DNA from: Candidatus Fermentibacteraceae bacterium
GTDB lineage: Bacteria > Fermentibacterota > Fermentibacteria > Fermentibacterales > JCC-6
Direction of reading: 5' to 3'
Length of the DNA stretch: 64,000 bases
NCBI GenBank assembly: GCA_041750285.1
Contig: JBGSZS010000005.1
Location: forward strand, 30,353-94,352
Part shown: positions 9,227 to 19,120 of the stretch, piece by piece
Position numbering within the stretch: position 1 is the first letter of the stretch
Layout of the letters: the number at the start of each line of letters is the position of its first letter
Position numbers and translations under genes: made by a program
Notes under the pieces: model-generated
Seen by the model: only the letters and a program-made list of their open reading frames with translations
Database searches by the model: none
What the model was told of the DNA's origin: nothing

Positions 9227-10900
9227 ATGGCTCCGGTCAGACGCCTCTCAGACTACATGATCAACCTCATCGCCGCCGGTGAGGTGGTGGAAAGACCTGC
9301 ATCCGTGGTCAAGGAGCTGCTTGAGAACTCCATAGACGCCGGTGCGGGAAACATCGAGGTGGAGCTTCAGCGGGGAGGCCGCAAGGGCATCGTCATCAGG
9401 GACGACGGTGCAGGCATGAACAGGCACGACCTTCTCATGGCGGTCGAACGCCACGCCACGAGCAAGATCAGCCTCCCGGAGGACCTTGACCGGATCGGAA
9501 CCCTCGGTTTCCGCGGAGAGGCCCTGCCAAGCATCGCCGGGGTCAGCAGGATGACCATTCTCACCTCCGACGGCCACGAGGGCTGGAAACTCACCATGGC
9601 CGCGGGAGAGGTCAAGGACCTCGTTCCCGCGGCGAGAAGCCGTGGAACGACGATCACGGTCGAGGCCCTTTTCTACAACCAGCCGGCCCGCAGGAAGTTC
9701 CTGAGTTCCGAGCCCACCGAGCTGGCATGGGTCGAAAGGATCGTCACGGGCTGCGCCCTTGCCTGCACGGATACCGCCTTCACCCTCACCCACGAGGACA
9801 AGACCATCTTCAGCCTCCCCTGCGGTGAGCCCCCTGAAGAAAGGCTTAGAAGAAGGTACTCGATCGCACCGGGTGATTCGTGCCTGACGGGCCGGGGCGA
9901 GAGCGGTTCGGTTGCGGCTACCCTGCTTGTCTTCCCCGGAAAGCTCTGGAACAGCCGCAGGAACCAGTACATCCTCGTGAACGGAAGGCTTGTTTCCTCT
10001 GCCGTCGTCTCGGGGATGGTGAACGACGCCCTCGAGGGTCCCGCGGGAAGCCCCCTCTTTCTCTGCACCCTGGAACTCCCGGCCGATTCCGTCGACGTCA
10101 ACGCGCACCCCACCAAGAAGGAAGTCCGCTTCCGGGATTCGGGGGCAGTGCGCGCGGCCGTCCAGAAATGCATGCAATCCATTCCCCGGGAAAGGACCCT
10201 CGACCTGGCCTCATCATACCCGGCCGTTGCACACGCCCACCGCCCCGACTCCCGCGGCGTTCAGGCGGCATTCGCTCTTTCGGCGCCCGCCCGGGCATTT
10301 TCCACCCCACCCGCGTCCTCCATGCCCAGTGAAGACTGGACCGACGCCGTACCCATAATGCAGGTCAACAACTCCTACCTCGTCACGGCATCGGGAACCG
10401 GCCTTCTTGTGGTGGACCAGCACGCCGCCCATGAAAGGGTTCTTTTCGAGCAGATCCTCGAATCGATGCAGGGAGCGGAGGCAGGGGGGAGGCAGCTGCT
10501 GCTGCTTCCCGAGGCGCTCGAGCTCGACACCGAGGGGCTTGCCCTGGCGGAGCTGTACGGCCCTCTCATCGTTCAGGCGGGCTTCGACATGAGGATCACG
10601 GGAAACAGGCTCGAGATCCTTTCGGTCCCCGTGGGGGTTCACCGCGGGGCCGAAGCCGTTCGGGAAGTGCTTGCCTGCTTCGCTTCCGGCGCCGACGCCT
10701 CACTTTCACAGCAGGAGGTCCTGGCCGCGGCAACAGCCTGCAAGGGTTCGGTGACATTCGGTCAAAGGCTCGGCCGCGAGGAGATCAGAACTCTCTTCCA
10801 CAGGCTTTTCGCCACCTCCGACCCCTTTCACTGCCCGCACGGAAGGCCGACCCTCGTCGAGATAACCTTCGAGGAACTGGAGAAGCGATTTGGCAGGTGA
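9227..10900 (+). CDS. mutL: DNA mismatch repair protein MutL
   Basis: IAAGEVVERPASVVKELLENSIDAG, RHATSKI, GFRGEAL, DVNAHPTK, endonuclease DQHAAHER, CPHGRP. Confidence 0.97.
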   Translation: MAPVRRLSDYMINLIAAGEVVERPASVVKELLENSIDAGAGNIEVELQRGGRKGIVIRDDGAGMNRHDLLMAVERHATSKISLPEDLDRIGTLGFRGEALPSIAGVSRMTILTSDGHEGWKLTMAAGEVKDLVPAARSRGTTITVEALFYNQPARRKFLSSEPTELAWVERIVTGCALACTDTAFTLTHEDKTIFSLPCGEPPEERLRRRYSIAPGDSCLTGRGESGSVAATLLVFPGKLWNSRRNQYILVNGRLVSSAVVSGMVNDALEGPAGSPLFLCTLELPADSVDVNAHPTKKEVRFRDSGAVRAAVQKCMQSIPRERTLDLASSYPAVAHAHRPDSRGVQAAFALSAPARAFSTPPASSMPSEDWTDAVPIMQVNNSYLVTASGTGLLVVDQHAAHERVLFEQILESMQGAEAGGRQLLLLPEALELDTEGLALAELYGPLIVQAGFDMRITGNRLEILSVPVGVHRGAEAVREVLACFASGADASLSQQEVLAAATACKGSVTFGQRLGREEIRTLFHRLFATSDPFHCPHGRPTLVEITFEELEKRFGR

Positions 10901-11801
10901 CCGCATACCCGTTCTGGTTGGATGCACCGCCTCGGGGAAAAGCGCGGCGGCCATGGCGTTCGCACTTGGCCACACCGGGGTCGAGATCGTGAACGGCGAT
11001 TCCCGGCAACTCTACAGGGGAATGGACATCGGCACCGCCAAACCCGGCGCCGAAGAGCGCGCGATGGTTCCCCATCACCTTCTCGACGTCGCCGACCCCG
11101 ACACCATTCTGTCCGCGGGATGGTACGCCCGGCGGGCGCGGGAGACACTGGATGACATAGCGGGCAGGGGAGGACGTCCCCTGATAGTAGGGGGAAGCGC
11201 CCTGTACCTTATGGCCCTGGCCGGCATGACCGACCCCCTTCCATCACGGAACGACGACATGAGAAGCGCCCTCACAGATCTCGAAAAAAGCTCTCCGGGA
11301 GCCCTTTACCGCATCCTCCGCTCACTGGACCCGGAAACCTCCGTGGCGCCCACTGACACGGTGCGGCTGCTCCGCTCACTCGAGATCTGCCTTCAGAGCG
11401 GTTCAAGGGCCTCCGATCTCAGGCAGGGAGGCAACGTTTCGGACTCGTACATGTTCGTCATGCTCGAGTCCGAAGCCGTAACCCTGCGCACCCGCATCGA
11501 CCGGAGGGTTGAACTGATGGCGGGGAACGGGCTGCTCGCCGAGGTCGAGGGGCTCGTGAGGGCCGGTTACGGCCGTGAGCCGGTGCTTGGCCACACCATA
11601 GGCTACCGTGAGATGCTCGATCACATGGACGGCCTTTGTTCGCTCGAGGAAGCCGTCAACGCGATCAAAACGAACACCTGGCGTTACGCCAGGCGTCAAA
11701 GGAACATGTTCAAAAGGCTGCCCGGACTTCTGCGGGTCGGATCACCGGAAGCGGCAACAGCTCTACTGGATGGGAGAGGGGCCGATGGAAAGGGAAAATG
11801 A
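10890..11801 (+). CDS. miaA: tRNA dimethylallyltransferase
   Basis: GCTASGKS, DSRQLYRGMDIGTAKP, PHHLLD, VGGSALY, TIGYRE, YARRQ. Confidence 0.95.
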   Translation: MAGDRIPVLVGCTASGKSAAAMAFALGHTGVEIVNGDSRQLYRGMDIGTAKPGAEERAMVPHHLLDVADPDTILSAGWYARRARETLDDIAGRGGRPLIVGGSALYLMALAGMTDPLPSRNDDMRSALTDLEKSSPGALYRILRSLDPETSVAPTDTVRLLRSLEICLQSGSRASDLRQGGNVSDSYMFVMLESEAVTLRTRIDRRVELMAGNGLLAEVEGLVRAGYGREPVLGHTIGYREMLDHMDGLCSLEEAVNAIKTNTWRYARRQRNMFKRLPGLLRVGSPEAATALLDGRGADGKGK

Positions 11802-12957
11802 CAGGGCTCTTGAGCACCTTCCTCTCGAGGAGGTGAAGCTTTCCGACATTTACGTGACACCCGCCCCGGCCACCTGGGTCTTCTCGCAGGAGAACGAAGG
11901 TCCCCAGCCTCCCCCCGTTCTCGTCGAGCAGGACCGGGGGCTGGTGCTGGTGGGCAACCATCGCACGTTCTGGCGTGCGGCCGCCATGAATCGCTCAACC
12001 ATCCGCTGTCTTGTTGTGAGAAGCGCTGTTCAGGTTGGTCCGGCCCACGAGTCGATAAGCAATGCCGCTGAGGAGCCGCTGCTTTTCCAGGGTCTGCTCA
12101 GGGCGGGTATTATCGAAAACCGCAGCCGGCTCGCGGACATGCTCGGCTTTTCCAGGGCAAGGGTGACGCAGGTCCTCAACCTTCTCAAACTGCCCGAAGA
12201 ACTCAGACGGGAGGTCCTGGCCGACGACTCTATCACCGAGTACCAGCTTCGTCCACTGATAAGGCTTGAGAGCGCCGATCGTCAGATCTCGATGTTCCGT
12301 GAACTTTTGAGCAGAAAACTCACCGGAAGGCAGATGGCCCTCTTCGCCGAGACTTCCACCGTCCACGAGGCCCCCGGGCCGGCCGATACCCCGCCTGTCA
12401 AGGAGGCCGCGACCACAAGGGAGGAACTCGAGGCCGTATTCTCGGAACTCCCCCAGCCCCCGAAGAAGGAGGAGAAGGCACCGGTCAGGACCCCGAAGGA
12501 TACCCCCGCGCCAAGGTTCACCGCCGTCGACGACACCCCTGCGGGCAACATCCTTCAACTCCTTTCGGGGCTCGGAACCCTCAGGGAACCCGGATGGAAG
12601 GCCGCGGCCGCCGAAGCCGGCGCCGACCAGCTCGACATGCGGTTCCTCGAAGGGGTCTCACTGCTTCGCAGGGGGCTTTTCACCGCCGCGATGGACACGC
12701 TCAGCGAAGTCATACGCCGGTCACCCGACTACAGCGCGGCATGGTTCTTCATGGGCAAGTGTGCGAACCTGACGGGCGCCCTCAACGACGCCGAGGACTA
12801 TCTGCGGAACGCGGTGGAGAGGGATCCGAACCAACCGGATTTCCACATGGAACTGGCCGTTGTCCTCGAGAAACAGAAGCGCGACACCGAAGCCCTCTCA
12901 TTGTTCCGCAAAGCCAACGCCCTTCGAAAGGCCATGCGCAGGAATGAAAAAGCTTAG
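11785..12957 (+). CDS. ParB/Spo0J-like HTH protein fused to C-terminal TPRs
   Basis: Degenerate ParB N-domain (PPVLV..LVLVGNHRTF), HTH (LADMLGFSRARVTQVLNLLKLP), Pro-rich linker, ~3 TPRs. Confidence 0.7.
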   Translation: MERENDRALEHLPLEEVKLSDIYVTPAPATWVFSQENEGPQPPPVLVEQDRGLVLVGNHRTFWRAAAMNRSTIRCLVVRSAVQVGPAHESISNAAEEPLLFQGLLRAGIIENRSRLADMLGFSRARVTQVLNLLKLPEELRREVLADDSITEYQLRPLIRLESADRQISMFRELLSRKLTGRQMALFAETSTVHEAPGPADTPPVKEAATTREELEAVFSELPQPPKKEEKAPVRTPKDTPAPRFTAVDDTPAGNILQLLSGLGTLREPGWKAAAAEAGADQLDMRFLEGVSLLRRGLFTAAMDTLSEVIRRSPDYSAAWFFMGKCANLTGALNDAEDYLRNAVERDPNQPDFHMELAVVLEKQKRDTEALSLFRKANALRKAMRRNEKA

Positions 12958-14527
12958 CGCGGCGCTGCCCCTGATCCTTGCTTCATGCGCAAGGGTGGTC
13001 GCGCCGGCAGGGGGTCCGCTCGATACCGAGCCTCCGCTGTTCCTCGGAAGCACGCCTCCCGCTGGTCTTGCGGATCATCTGCCGCAGAGGGTTGTTCTGG
13101 AGTGGAGCGAGCGCATCGAACCCTTCAGCGCCGTTCCGCTCATCTTCCCCGATGTGCCGCACTCGGTCGTCTTCGGGGGCAGGACCATGCAGATCACAAT
13201 CGATTCACCGCCCCCGGGCGCCATGCTGACACTGCTCCTTCCCGGAGGTCTCTCCGACACCAGGGGCAACGGCTCCCCCGAACCACTGAACCTGGTCTGG
13301 ACGACCGCGGATACGGCTTCGACCTCGAAGCTCACGTTCCAGGCGTCACTTCAGGGGGGCGGGGAAGCCCCGCCTGCGGCGGTTGTCAGGCTTCAGTCCC
13401 TTCCGGACACAACGGTCTTCACCCGGGGGGCATTCCCCGACACTCTCGGGTACGGAGAGATCCCGTGGCTTGCACCGGGGGATTACCGCATCCTGGTGTT
13501 CGATGACCGCGACGGCAGCAGGACCTGGGAAGACCAGAACGAACCGGGTGTGGCCTCCGAGTTCACCCTCGAGCCGGGGGCCGGGCTTCATCTCGACCTC
13601 GTGATGGCCGTCGTCGATTCCGTGGGTCCCTCCATTTCCGACGCCAGCGCCCTCAATACCCACCAGATCCTCCTTGAATGGAACGAGGAGCTTTCCCGGA
13701 CTGTCCCCGCCCCTGATCACTTCCGGATCAATGCGGCCGGGGAGGGGGAGGTCGAGCTCCTTGGTGTCTCGCACATGCCGGGAAGAACCAGGGGAAGGCT
13801 TCTGCTGCACACGGGGGGCATGCCCGACACGCTCATCACGCTCCATGCATCGGGTGTTTCCGACCTGATGGGAAACAATTCCCGTCCCGACAGCATCTCC
13901 TTCTGGGGCACCGACACACTCCCTTCCGAGGAGTTCACCGTGGTCTCCGTCTTTCCCGCGGACGGACTTTCCGATGTCAACCCCGCCGGACCCTACTCGA
14001 TCACCCTCAACGCCTGGGTTCCGCTCGACAGCCTTGCCTCCCGCTGGTCCATAACCAGGGTGTCCGACAGCACAAGGGTCGAGGGCACCTGGAGCCGGCC
14101 CGACGCAGTCACCTTCCTTTTCACGCCGGACCAGCACCTCAGCGGCCAGAGGCAGCACCGGGTCGATCTCGCACCCGGTCTTGCGACCCTCTGGGGCGAC
14201 TCGCTGCCGGCGCAGTCCTGGGTCTTCTCCACGGCATGGAGCACGCTGCCGGGTTCGGTGCAGGGCACGCTGTCGGGAACGGGACGCGAGACCACTCTCG
14301 TCCTCACCCCTGCGGGAGGGGAGGGGCAGACCAGAACCGAAACACTGGCACCGGGACCCTACACCCTCGATGCGGTTCCCGGCGGCCGTTACACCCTGGC
14401 GGCCTTCGTCGACACGAACGGCAACGGTTCCTGGGACACGGGAGAACCCTACGGAGCCTGGCCCGGAGTGCTCGAAGTCTTTCCGGGATTTCCGACGCTG
14501 GAGGTCAACATTGCTGTTCTGCCCTGA
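12944..14527 (+). CDS. Ig-like (Big_5) domain lipoprotein
   Basis: Lipobox LASC followed by APAGGPLDTEPP; repeated Ig-like domains; DxDG/DTNGNG loops. Confidence 0.75.
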   Translation: MKKLSAALPLILASCARVVAPAGGPLDTEPPLFLGSTPPAGLADHLPQRVVLEWSERIEPFSAVPLIFPDVPHSVVFGGRTMQITIDSPPPGAMLTLLLPGGLSDTRGNGSPEPLNLVWTTADTASTSKLTFQASLQGGGEAPPAAVVRLQSLPDTTVFTRGAFPDTLGYGEIPWLAPGDYRILVFDDRDGSRTWEDQNEPGVASEFTLEPGAGLHLDLVMAVVDSVGPSISDASALNTHQILLEWNEELSRTVPAPDHFRINAAGEGEVELLGVSHMPGRTRGRLLLHTGGMPDTLITLHASGVSDLMGNNSRPDSISFWGTDTLPSEEFTVVSVFPADGLSDVNPAGPYSITLNAWVPLDSLASRWSITRVSDSTRVEGTWSRPDAVTFLFTPDQHLSGQRQHRVDLAPGLATLWGDSLPAQSWVFSTAWSTLPGSVQGTLSGTGRETTLVLTPAGGEGQTRTETLAPGPYTLDAVPGGRYTLAAFVDTNGNGSWDTGEPYGAWPGVLEVFPGFPTLEVNIAVLP

Positions 14528-14537
14528 GAAGAGTTTC

Positions 14538-15287
14538 ATGCCCGGGACATGCACCGGCTGCGGGACATGTTCGAAGGTCTGTCCGTCCCGCGCGGTCGTT
14601 ACCGGCCCCGACAGGAAGGTCACAGGTTTTCTGAAGACCTGCATCGGCTGTGGCCATTGCGCAGCCTACTGCCCTGCAAACTCCTTCGGCCTCGAAAGCC
14701 CCGTTCGCCGCGGTTCCTCACCGGAAGACCTCATGGCGCTTTTCCGGTCGAGAAGGAGCTGCAGGCTCTTCCTGCCCGAACCGCTCCCGGATGAAAGACT
14801 GAAGCAGCTGCTCGAACCGGTCGGCTTCGCTCCCACGGGAACCAACTCGCAGGGAGTCGCCGTCGTTGCGGTCAGGGGCGTCGAGGCCATCCAGGAACTG
14901 GCGGTGAAGCCCGTCAGGAGGTTCCTGCGCCCGTTCGCCGGGCTTGCGAAGCGTTCCGCGTACAGCGGGTACATCGGGGATTTCATGGGCGGAGGCGATC
15001 CCATAACTCACAGGGCGCCCTGCCTTCTTCTCTTCTTCGTTCCCCGGAAGAACACCACACCCCGTGAGGACGGGGTGATTGCTGCCACCATGGTTGGCCT
15101 GAACGCCGAGGCCATGGGGTTGGGATGCCTCTGGAACGGAGTATTGAAGGCCCTTTATCCGTTCCTTACGGGGCTTCGGAAGTTGAGACCGGGGGGAACG
15201 GCCCTGAGAGCCGTCCTGTGCGTTGGCGAAAGAAGGCTCGCCCCCCTTCGTGAGGTTCCCGGGAGAGACTGGAAGACATTACCGTAA
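14538..15287 (+). CDS. Nitroreductase with 2x[4Fe-4S] ferredoxin domain
   Basis: CTGCGTCSKVCP and CIGCGHCAAYCP, then RRSCRLF, APTGTNSQ, AEAMGLGCLW. Confidence 0.9.
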   Translation: MPGTCTGCGTCSKVCPSRAVVTGPDRKVTGFLKTCIGCGHCAAYCPANSFGLESPVRRGSSPEDLMALFRSRRSCRLFLPEPLPDERLKQLLEPVGFAPTGTNSQGVAVVAVRGVEAIQELAVKPVRRFLRPFAGLAKRSAYSGYIGDFMGGGDPITHRAPCLLLFFVPRKNTTPREDGVIAATMVGLNAEAMGLGCLWNGVLKALYPFLTGLRKLRPGGTALRAVLCVGERRLAPLREVPGRDWKTLP

Positions 15288-15311
15288 ACCACTGAGGCAG
15301 AAGGGGAGAAC

Positions 15312-16754
15312 ATGCTGGCCAGATACATCGCGGTGGGCTGCTACACTGTTTTCATCGTAGTGATCGGGCTTCTGGGGCACAGAAGGACCAAGAACTTCAA
15401 CGACTACCTCCTCGGGGGAGGGAAGGTGGGTCCCTGGATGACCGCCTTCTCCTACGGGACCGCATACTTCTCCGCCGTGCTCTTCATCGGGTTCGCCGGA
15501 AGCATCGGCTGGGGTTTCGGGCTTTCCGGGCTGTGGGTCGCCCTGGGCAACTCCATCATCGGGGTGCTCGGGGTCTGGCTGCTTCTGGGCAACCGGATCA
15601 AGCAGGCCGCAGTCAGGTACGACGTCTACACCATGCCGGGCTTCCTCGAGGCCAGGTTCGGCTCCCGCGCGATCAAGGTGTTCACCTCGATCGCCATCTT
15701 CGTTTTCATGATCCCCTACACCGCCGCGGTCTTCATGGGCCTCAGCTACCTCTTCGAGGTCACCTTCTCGCTGCCCTACTTCTGGGTGCTTCTCTTCATG
15801 GGGGTCTTCACGGGGGTGTACCTCGTTCTCGGGGGCTACAAGTCCATGTCCATGATCGACGTCTTCTTCGGAATGATCATGACGGTGGGCGTCATCGTGC
15901 TTCTGGTCTTCACTCTGAGAAGCGGCGGGGGACTGGGGAGCATCGTCGAAAACCTCAGGGGCATCGACGCAAGGCTGGCCTCGCCGGTGGGACCTCCCGG
16001 GGTCATTCCCCTCATCTCGCTGGTTTTCCTGACAAGCATTGCGCCCTTCGCGATGCCCCAGCTCGTGCAGAAGTTCTACGCGGTCAAGGATAAAAGGGCA
16101 GTGAAAATAGGCATGACGGCATCCACGGTCTTCGCGCTGCTTGTAACGGGCACCGCCTACTTCGTGGGTTCCCTCACCAGGCTCTTCCTCTCACCCGCGG
16201 CAAACCCCGCCGCCTTTACGGCGGCCGGCGCGCCCAACTTCGACGCACTCATGCCTGAAATGCTGTCAACTGTCGTTCCCCCGGCACTTTCCGTGGTGAT
16301 CCTCCTTCTGATCCTCTCCGCTTCAATGTCCACTCTCGCTGCCCTTGTACTCATCTCCAGCTCGACGCTCACCGTCGACTTCTACAGGGGCATGGTGAAG
16401 CCCGGAGCCAGCGACAGGACCCTCACCGGCCTGATGAGGTTCGGAAGCGCGTTCTTCATCCTTCTTTCGATGCTTCTGGCGCTGCTCAGGCCCGCGGTGA
16501 TAGTCACGATACTCTCCATATCATGGGGCGCCATTGCGTCGGTCTTCCTCGGACCCTTCATCTGGGGCATACTGGGCGAGCGCATCACCAGGGCGGGCGC
16601 ACTCGCCTCATCGTTCCTTGGTCTTTTCACCTGCATGACCCTGTTCGTGGTCCTCGGCCCAGGGAAAACCCCCATGGCCGGCTCGCTCGGCATGGTGGTG
16701 TCACTCCTCGTCCCGGCCCTCTTCCTGCCGTTCACCAGGAGGAGGGCGGCATAG
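15312..16754 (+). CDS. Sodium:solute symporter family protein
   Basis: DYLLGG..GPWMTAFSYGT, FLEARFGS, MPQLVQKFY, SASMST; ~13 TM helices. Confidence 0.92.
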   Translation: MLARYIAVGCYTVFIVVIGLLGHRRTKNFNDYLLGGGKVGPWMTAFSYGTAYFSAVLFIGFAGSIGWGFGLSGLWVALGNSIIGVLGVWLLLGNRIKQAAVRYDVYTMPGFLEARFGSRAIKVFTSIAIFVFMIPYTAAVFMGLSYLFEVTFSLPYFWVLLFMGVFTGVYLVLGGYKSMSMIDVFFGMIMTVGVIVLLVFTLRSGGGLGSIVENLRGIDARLASPVGPPGVIPLISLVFLTSIAPFAMPQLVQKFYAVKDKRAVKIGMTASTVFALLVTGTAYFVGSLTRLFLSPAANPAAFTAAGAPNFDALMPEMLSTVVPPALSVVILLLILSASMSTLAALVLISSSTLTVDFYRGMVKPGASDRTLTGLMRFGSAFFILLSMLLALLRPAVIVTILSISWGAIASVFLGPFIWGILGERITRAGALASSFLGLFTCMTLFVVLGPGKTPMAGSLGMVVSLLVPALFLPFTRRRAA

Positions 16755-17478
16755 AACCGGGGGCATCACTGGAACGGCTCGGCAACCCGGAGAAGGCGAA
16801 AACCTTCCAGCGCTTCTTCAGGACCGGGCCGGGTCAGTACGGCGAGGGTGACGTCTTCAGGGGCATATCGGTGCCCGTTCTGAGGGACCTTGCGAAACGC
16901 CACAGGGACCTGCCCGCAGAAGAGGCCGGGCAGCTTCTTGATTCACGTTTTCACGAGGACAGGCTTCTTGCCCTGTTCATACTCATCGGCCATTTCAAGC
17001 GCGGGGGAGCACGGCAAAAGGCCGGCATCTTCGACCTCTACCTCAGCAAAACGAACCGGATCAACAACTGGGACCTGGTGGACGCCTCCGCCGAACACAT
17101 ACCCGGCGCGTTCCTGTGTGGGACAGGGACCGTGCCCCCCTGCATTCGCTTTCACGCTCGGAAAGCCTGTGGGAACGCAGGATCTCCATAATCGCAACCT
17201 TTCATTTCATCAGGAGGGGCGATTTTGCAGATACCCTGGCCATATCTGAGAACCTGCTTGCGGACAGGGAGGACCTGATCCACAAGGCCGTGGGCTGGAT
17301 GCTCAGGGAGGTGGGGAAGAGGAGCATGGAGGCGGAGGAGGCCTTTCTGAACGAGCACTGCCGAACCATGCCCCGCACGATGCTGCGCTACGCCATCGAG
17401 AAGTTCCCGGAAGGGCTGCGGCAGGAATACCTGAAAGCGAAGGAATCGCAGAGGGGTGCACGATGCACTGGTGCATGA
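16751..17478 (+). pseudogene. DNA alkylation repair protein (AlkD-like), frameshifted
   Basis: RFFRTGPGQYGEGD and INNWDLVD in one frame; LWERRISII and LIHKAVGWMLRE in another; extra TG in CTGTGTGG (~17114-17121); no canonical start. Confidence 0.85.
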
Positions 17479-18083
17479 TCGAGCTCACGATCAAGTGCCC
17501 GCGCTGCGACGCTTCAGTCCACGTCGACGCCCCCCGTCAGAGCTTGCTGTGCGGCAAGTGCATGTCGGAGATCGATTTTCCCGTCGAAGTCTGGCGGGAC
17601 ACCCTCAGTGGGGCGCTGTCGGGCGTAAAGCACCTGAAGACGGGGGAGGGGAACCAGAGCACCATCTTCGGCCATTTCAACATGAGCCTTCTCTACGGCA
17701 AGCTCGTTCCGTACTGCCCGGACTGCAAGCGTGACTTCGATCCCGAGGGCGACAGGGAAGGCGGTCACCTCAAATGCAGGGACTGCGGGAGCGTCATGGC
17801 GATACGTGAGGCGCCCCCGTGGTTCAGGGAGGCTGTTCCAAGGGCAGGGCTCGTTGCAGGGGGAACTCCTGAGGGAAAGGCTCAGGGGTCCCATGGTATC
17901 GACAACCCTTCGGGGGGCGCGGTGGCCCTGAGCTGCCCGAAGTGCGCGGCCTCCCTTCTCATCGACGGAAGGGAAAGGCTCGTGCCCTGCGGTTACTGCA
18001 ACACAAGGGTGTACCTGCCCGACGACCTCTGGCTGAGGCTTCACCCCGCGAACATGAAAACCCGCTGGTTCATCGGTTTCTGA
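17475..18083 (+). CDS. Multi-zinc-ribbon hypothetical protein
   Basis: Six CxxC motifs; ATGA overlap with upstream stop. Confidence 0.75.
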   Translation: MIELTIKCPRCDASVHVDAPRQSLLCGKCMSEIDFPVEVWRDTLSGALSGVKHLKTGEGNQSTIFGHFNMSLLYGKLVPYCPDCKRDFDPEGDREGGHLKCRDCGSVMAIREAPPWFREAVPRAGLVAGGTPEGKAQGSHGIDNPSGGAVALSCPKCAASLLIDGRERLVPCGYCNTRVYLPDDLWLRLHPANMKTRWFIGF

Positions 18084-18226
18084 GAAAAAAACTAATCCGT
18101 CAGCTTCACGAACAGGGTGCCCAGCGTCCGTGAAGGCGCGCTTGGTACCGCCACGCAAACCCCGGCGGGAATAGTGTTTCCTTCTCGCGCAGGAAGAGGG
18201 TATGCAGATGTCACAGGAAGAGCTCC

Positions 18227-19120
18227 CTAAGGCCGCCAGGGGAGAGGGCTTCTGATGCTGCTCCTGTCGGCGCCGGTCACCATGAGATTCCTCCACTGGA
18301 GGAGCTGGGCCACCGAGTAGAGGCTCATGTCGATGCGACCTATCGCGTAGAGCCCGAATTCGTCCCCGTACACACGGGAGAAGTTCGTCATCATTCCGTC
18401 GACGATGTAGGCGGTTGTGGCTGAAGGCCTGCCGTTCCATGTCATCCGGGACATCGCGGTCTGGACTTCGCCGGTCCTGGGGACGGATCCGCCGGGATAG
18501 GCAAAGGCCCTGACCTCACCCGTCCGCAATCCGAGGAGGGGTCTGAAGCGGTTCAAGGCGCCGTTGACCTGGTTCTTCCAGCCTTCGGCAGGGAGACGGT
18601 GGAACGAGGTGTGGTTGAGGGAGTGGTTGCCGAGTTCATGGCCCATGTCCAGCAGGTAATGGAACTTCTCCATGGAGTCGCGGCCGAAGGGGACCTTGTC
18701 CCAGCTCACGAAAAAGGTCACACCGCCCCCGAAGTCGGGATGGTCTTCCAGGAAGCCCTGAACGATCCCGAGAGCGCTTGCGGGGTCGGGCAGTTCCGTT
18801 CCCGGAAGGAGACGGAAGTTGTCCTCCCAGCCGTCATCGAACGTCAGCATCACGGGTCTTTTGCCGGCCGGGACATGCATGAGCCCGTTCTCGATGTCGC
18901 GGGGGGTGATGAGGAAGAAGCCGTTCTCGTAAAGGGCCTGGAGATCGTTTGAGAGCCTGTAGGTCGAAACCCCGTACTGAACCGGGGGGTTGCTCACGTG
19001 ATGGTAGCAGAGCACAGGTATGCCGCTGGGAAAGTCTTCCGGATCGGGTTCGACGTACTCGAGCGGGGGGGCCGTGAAGAGCCCCGCAGCGATGAGGCAG
19101 AACGGAAGGAATGCCGTCAT
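18227..19120 (-). CDS. Polysaccharide deacetylase (NodB-like)
   Basis: IPVLCYHHV, LTFDDG, HELGNHSLNH, FAYPGG; ATGA overlap with upstream gene. Confidence 0.9.
   Translation of the reverse strand: MTAFLPFCLIAAGLFTAPPLEYVEPDPEDFPSGIPVLCYHHVSNPPVQYGVSTYRLSNDLQALYENGFFLITPRDIENGLMHVPAGKRPVMLTFDDGWEDNFRLLPGTELPDPASALGIVQGFLEDHPDFGGGVTFFVSWDKVPFGRDSMEKFHYLLDMGHELGNHSLNHTSFHRLPAEGWKNQVNGALNRFRPLLGLRTGEVRAFAYPGGSVPRTGEVQTAMSRMTWNGRPSATTAYIVDGMMTNFSRVYGDEFGLYAIGRIDMSLYSVAQLLQWRNLMVTGADRSSIRSPLPWRP

Noticed and set aside
18090..18226. Possible ncRNA or terminator between convergent genes
   Set aside because: Only a ~10-bp hairpin with the T-tract 12 nt away; no recognisable RNA family
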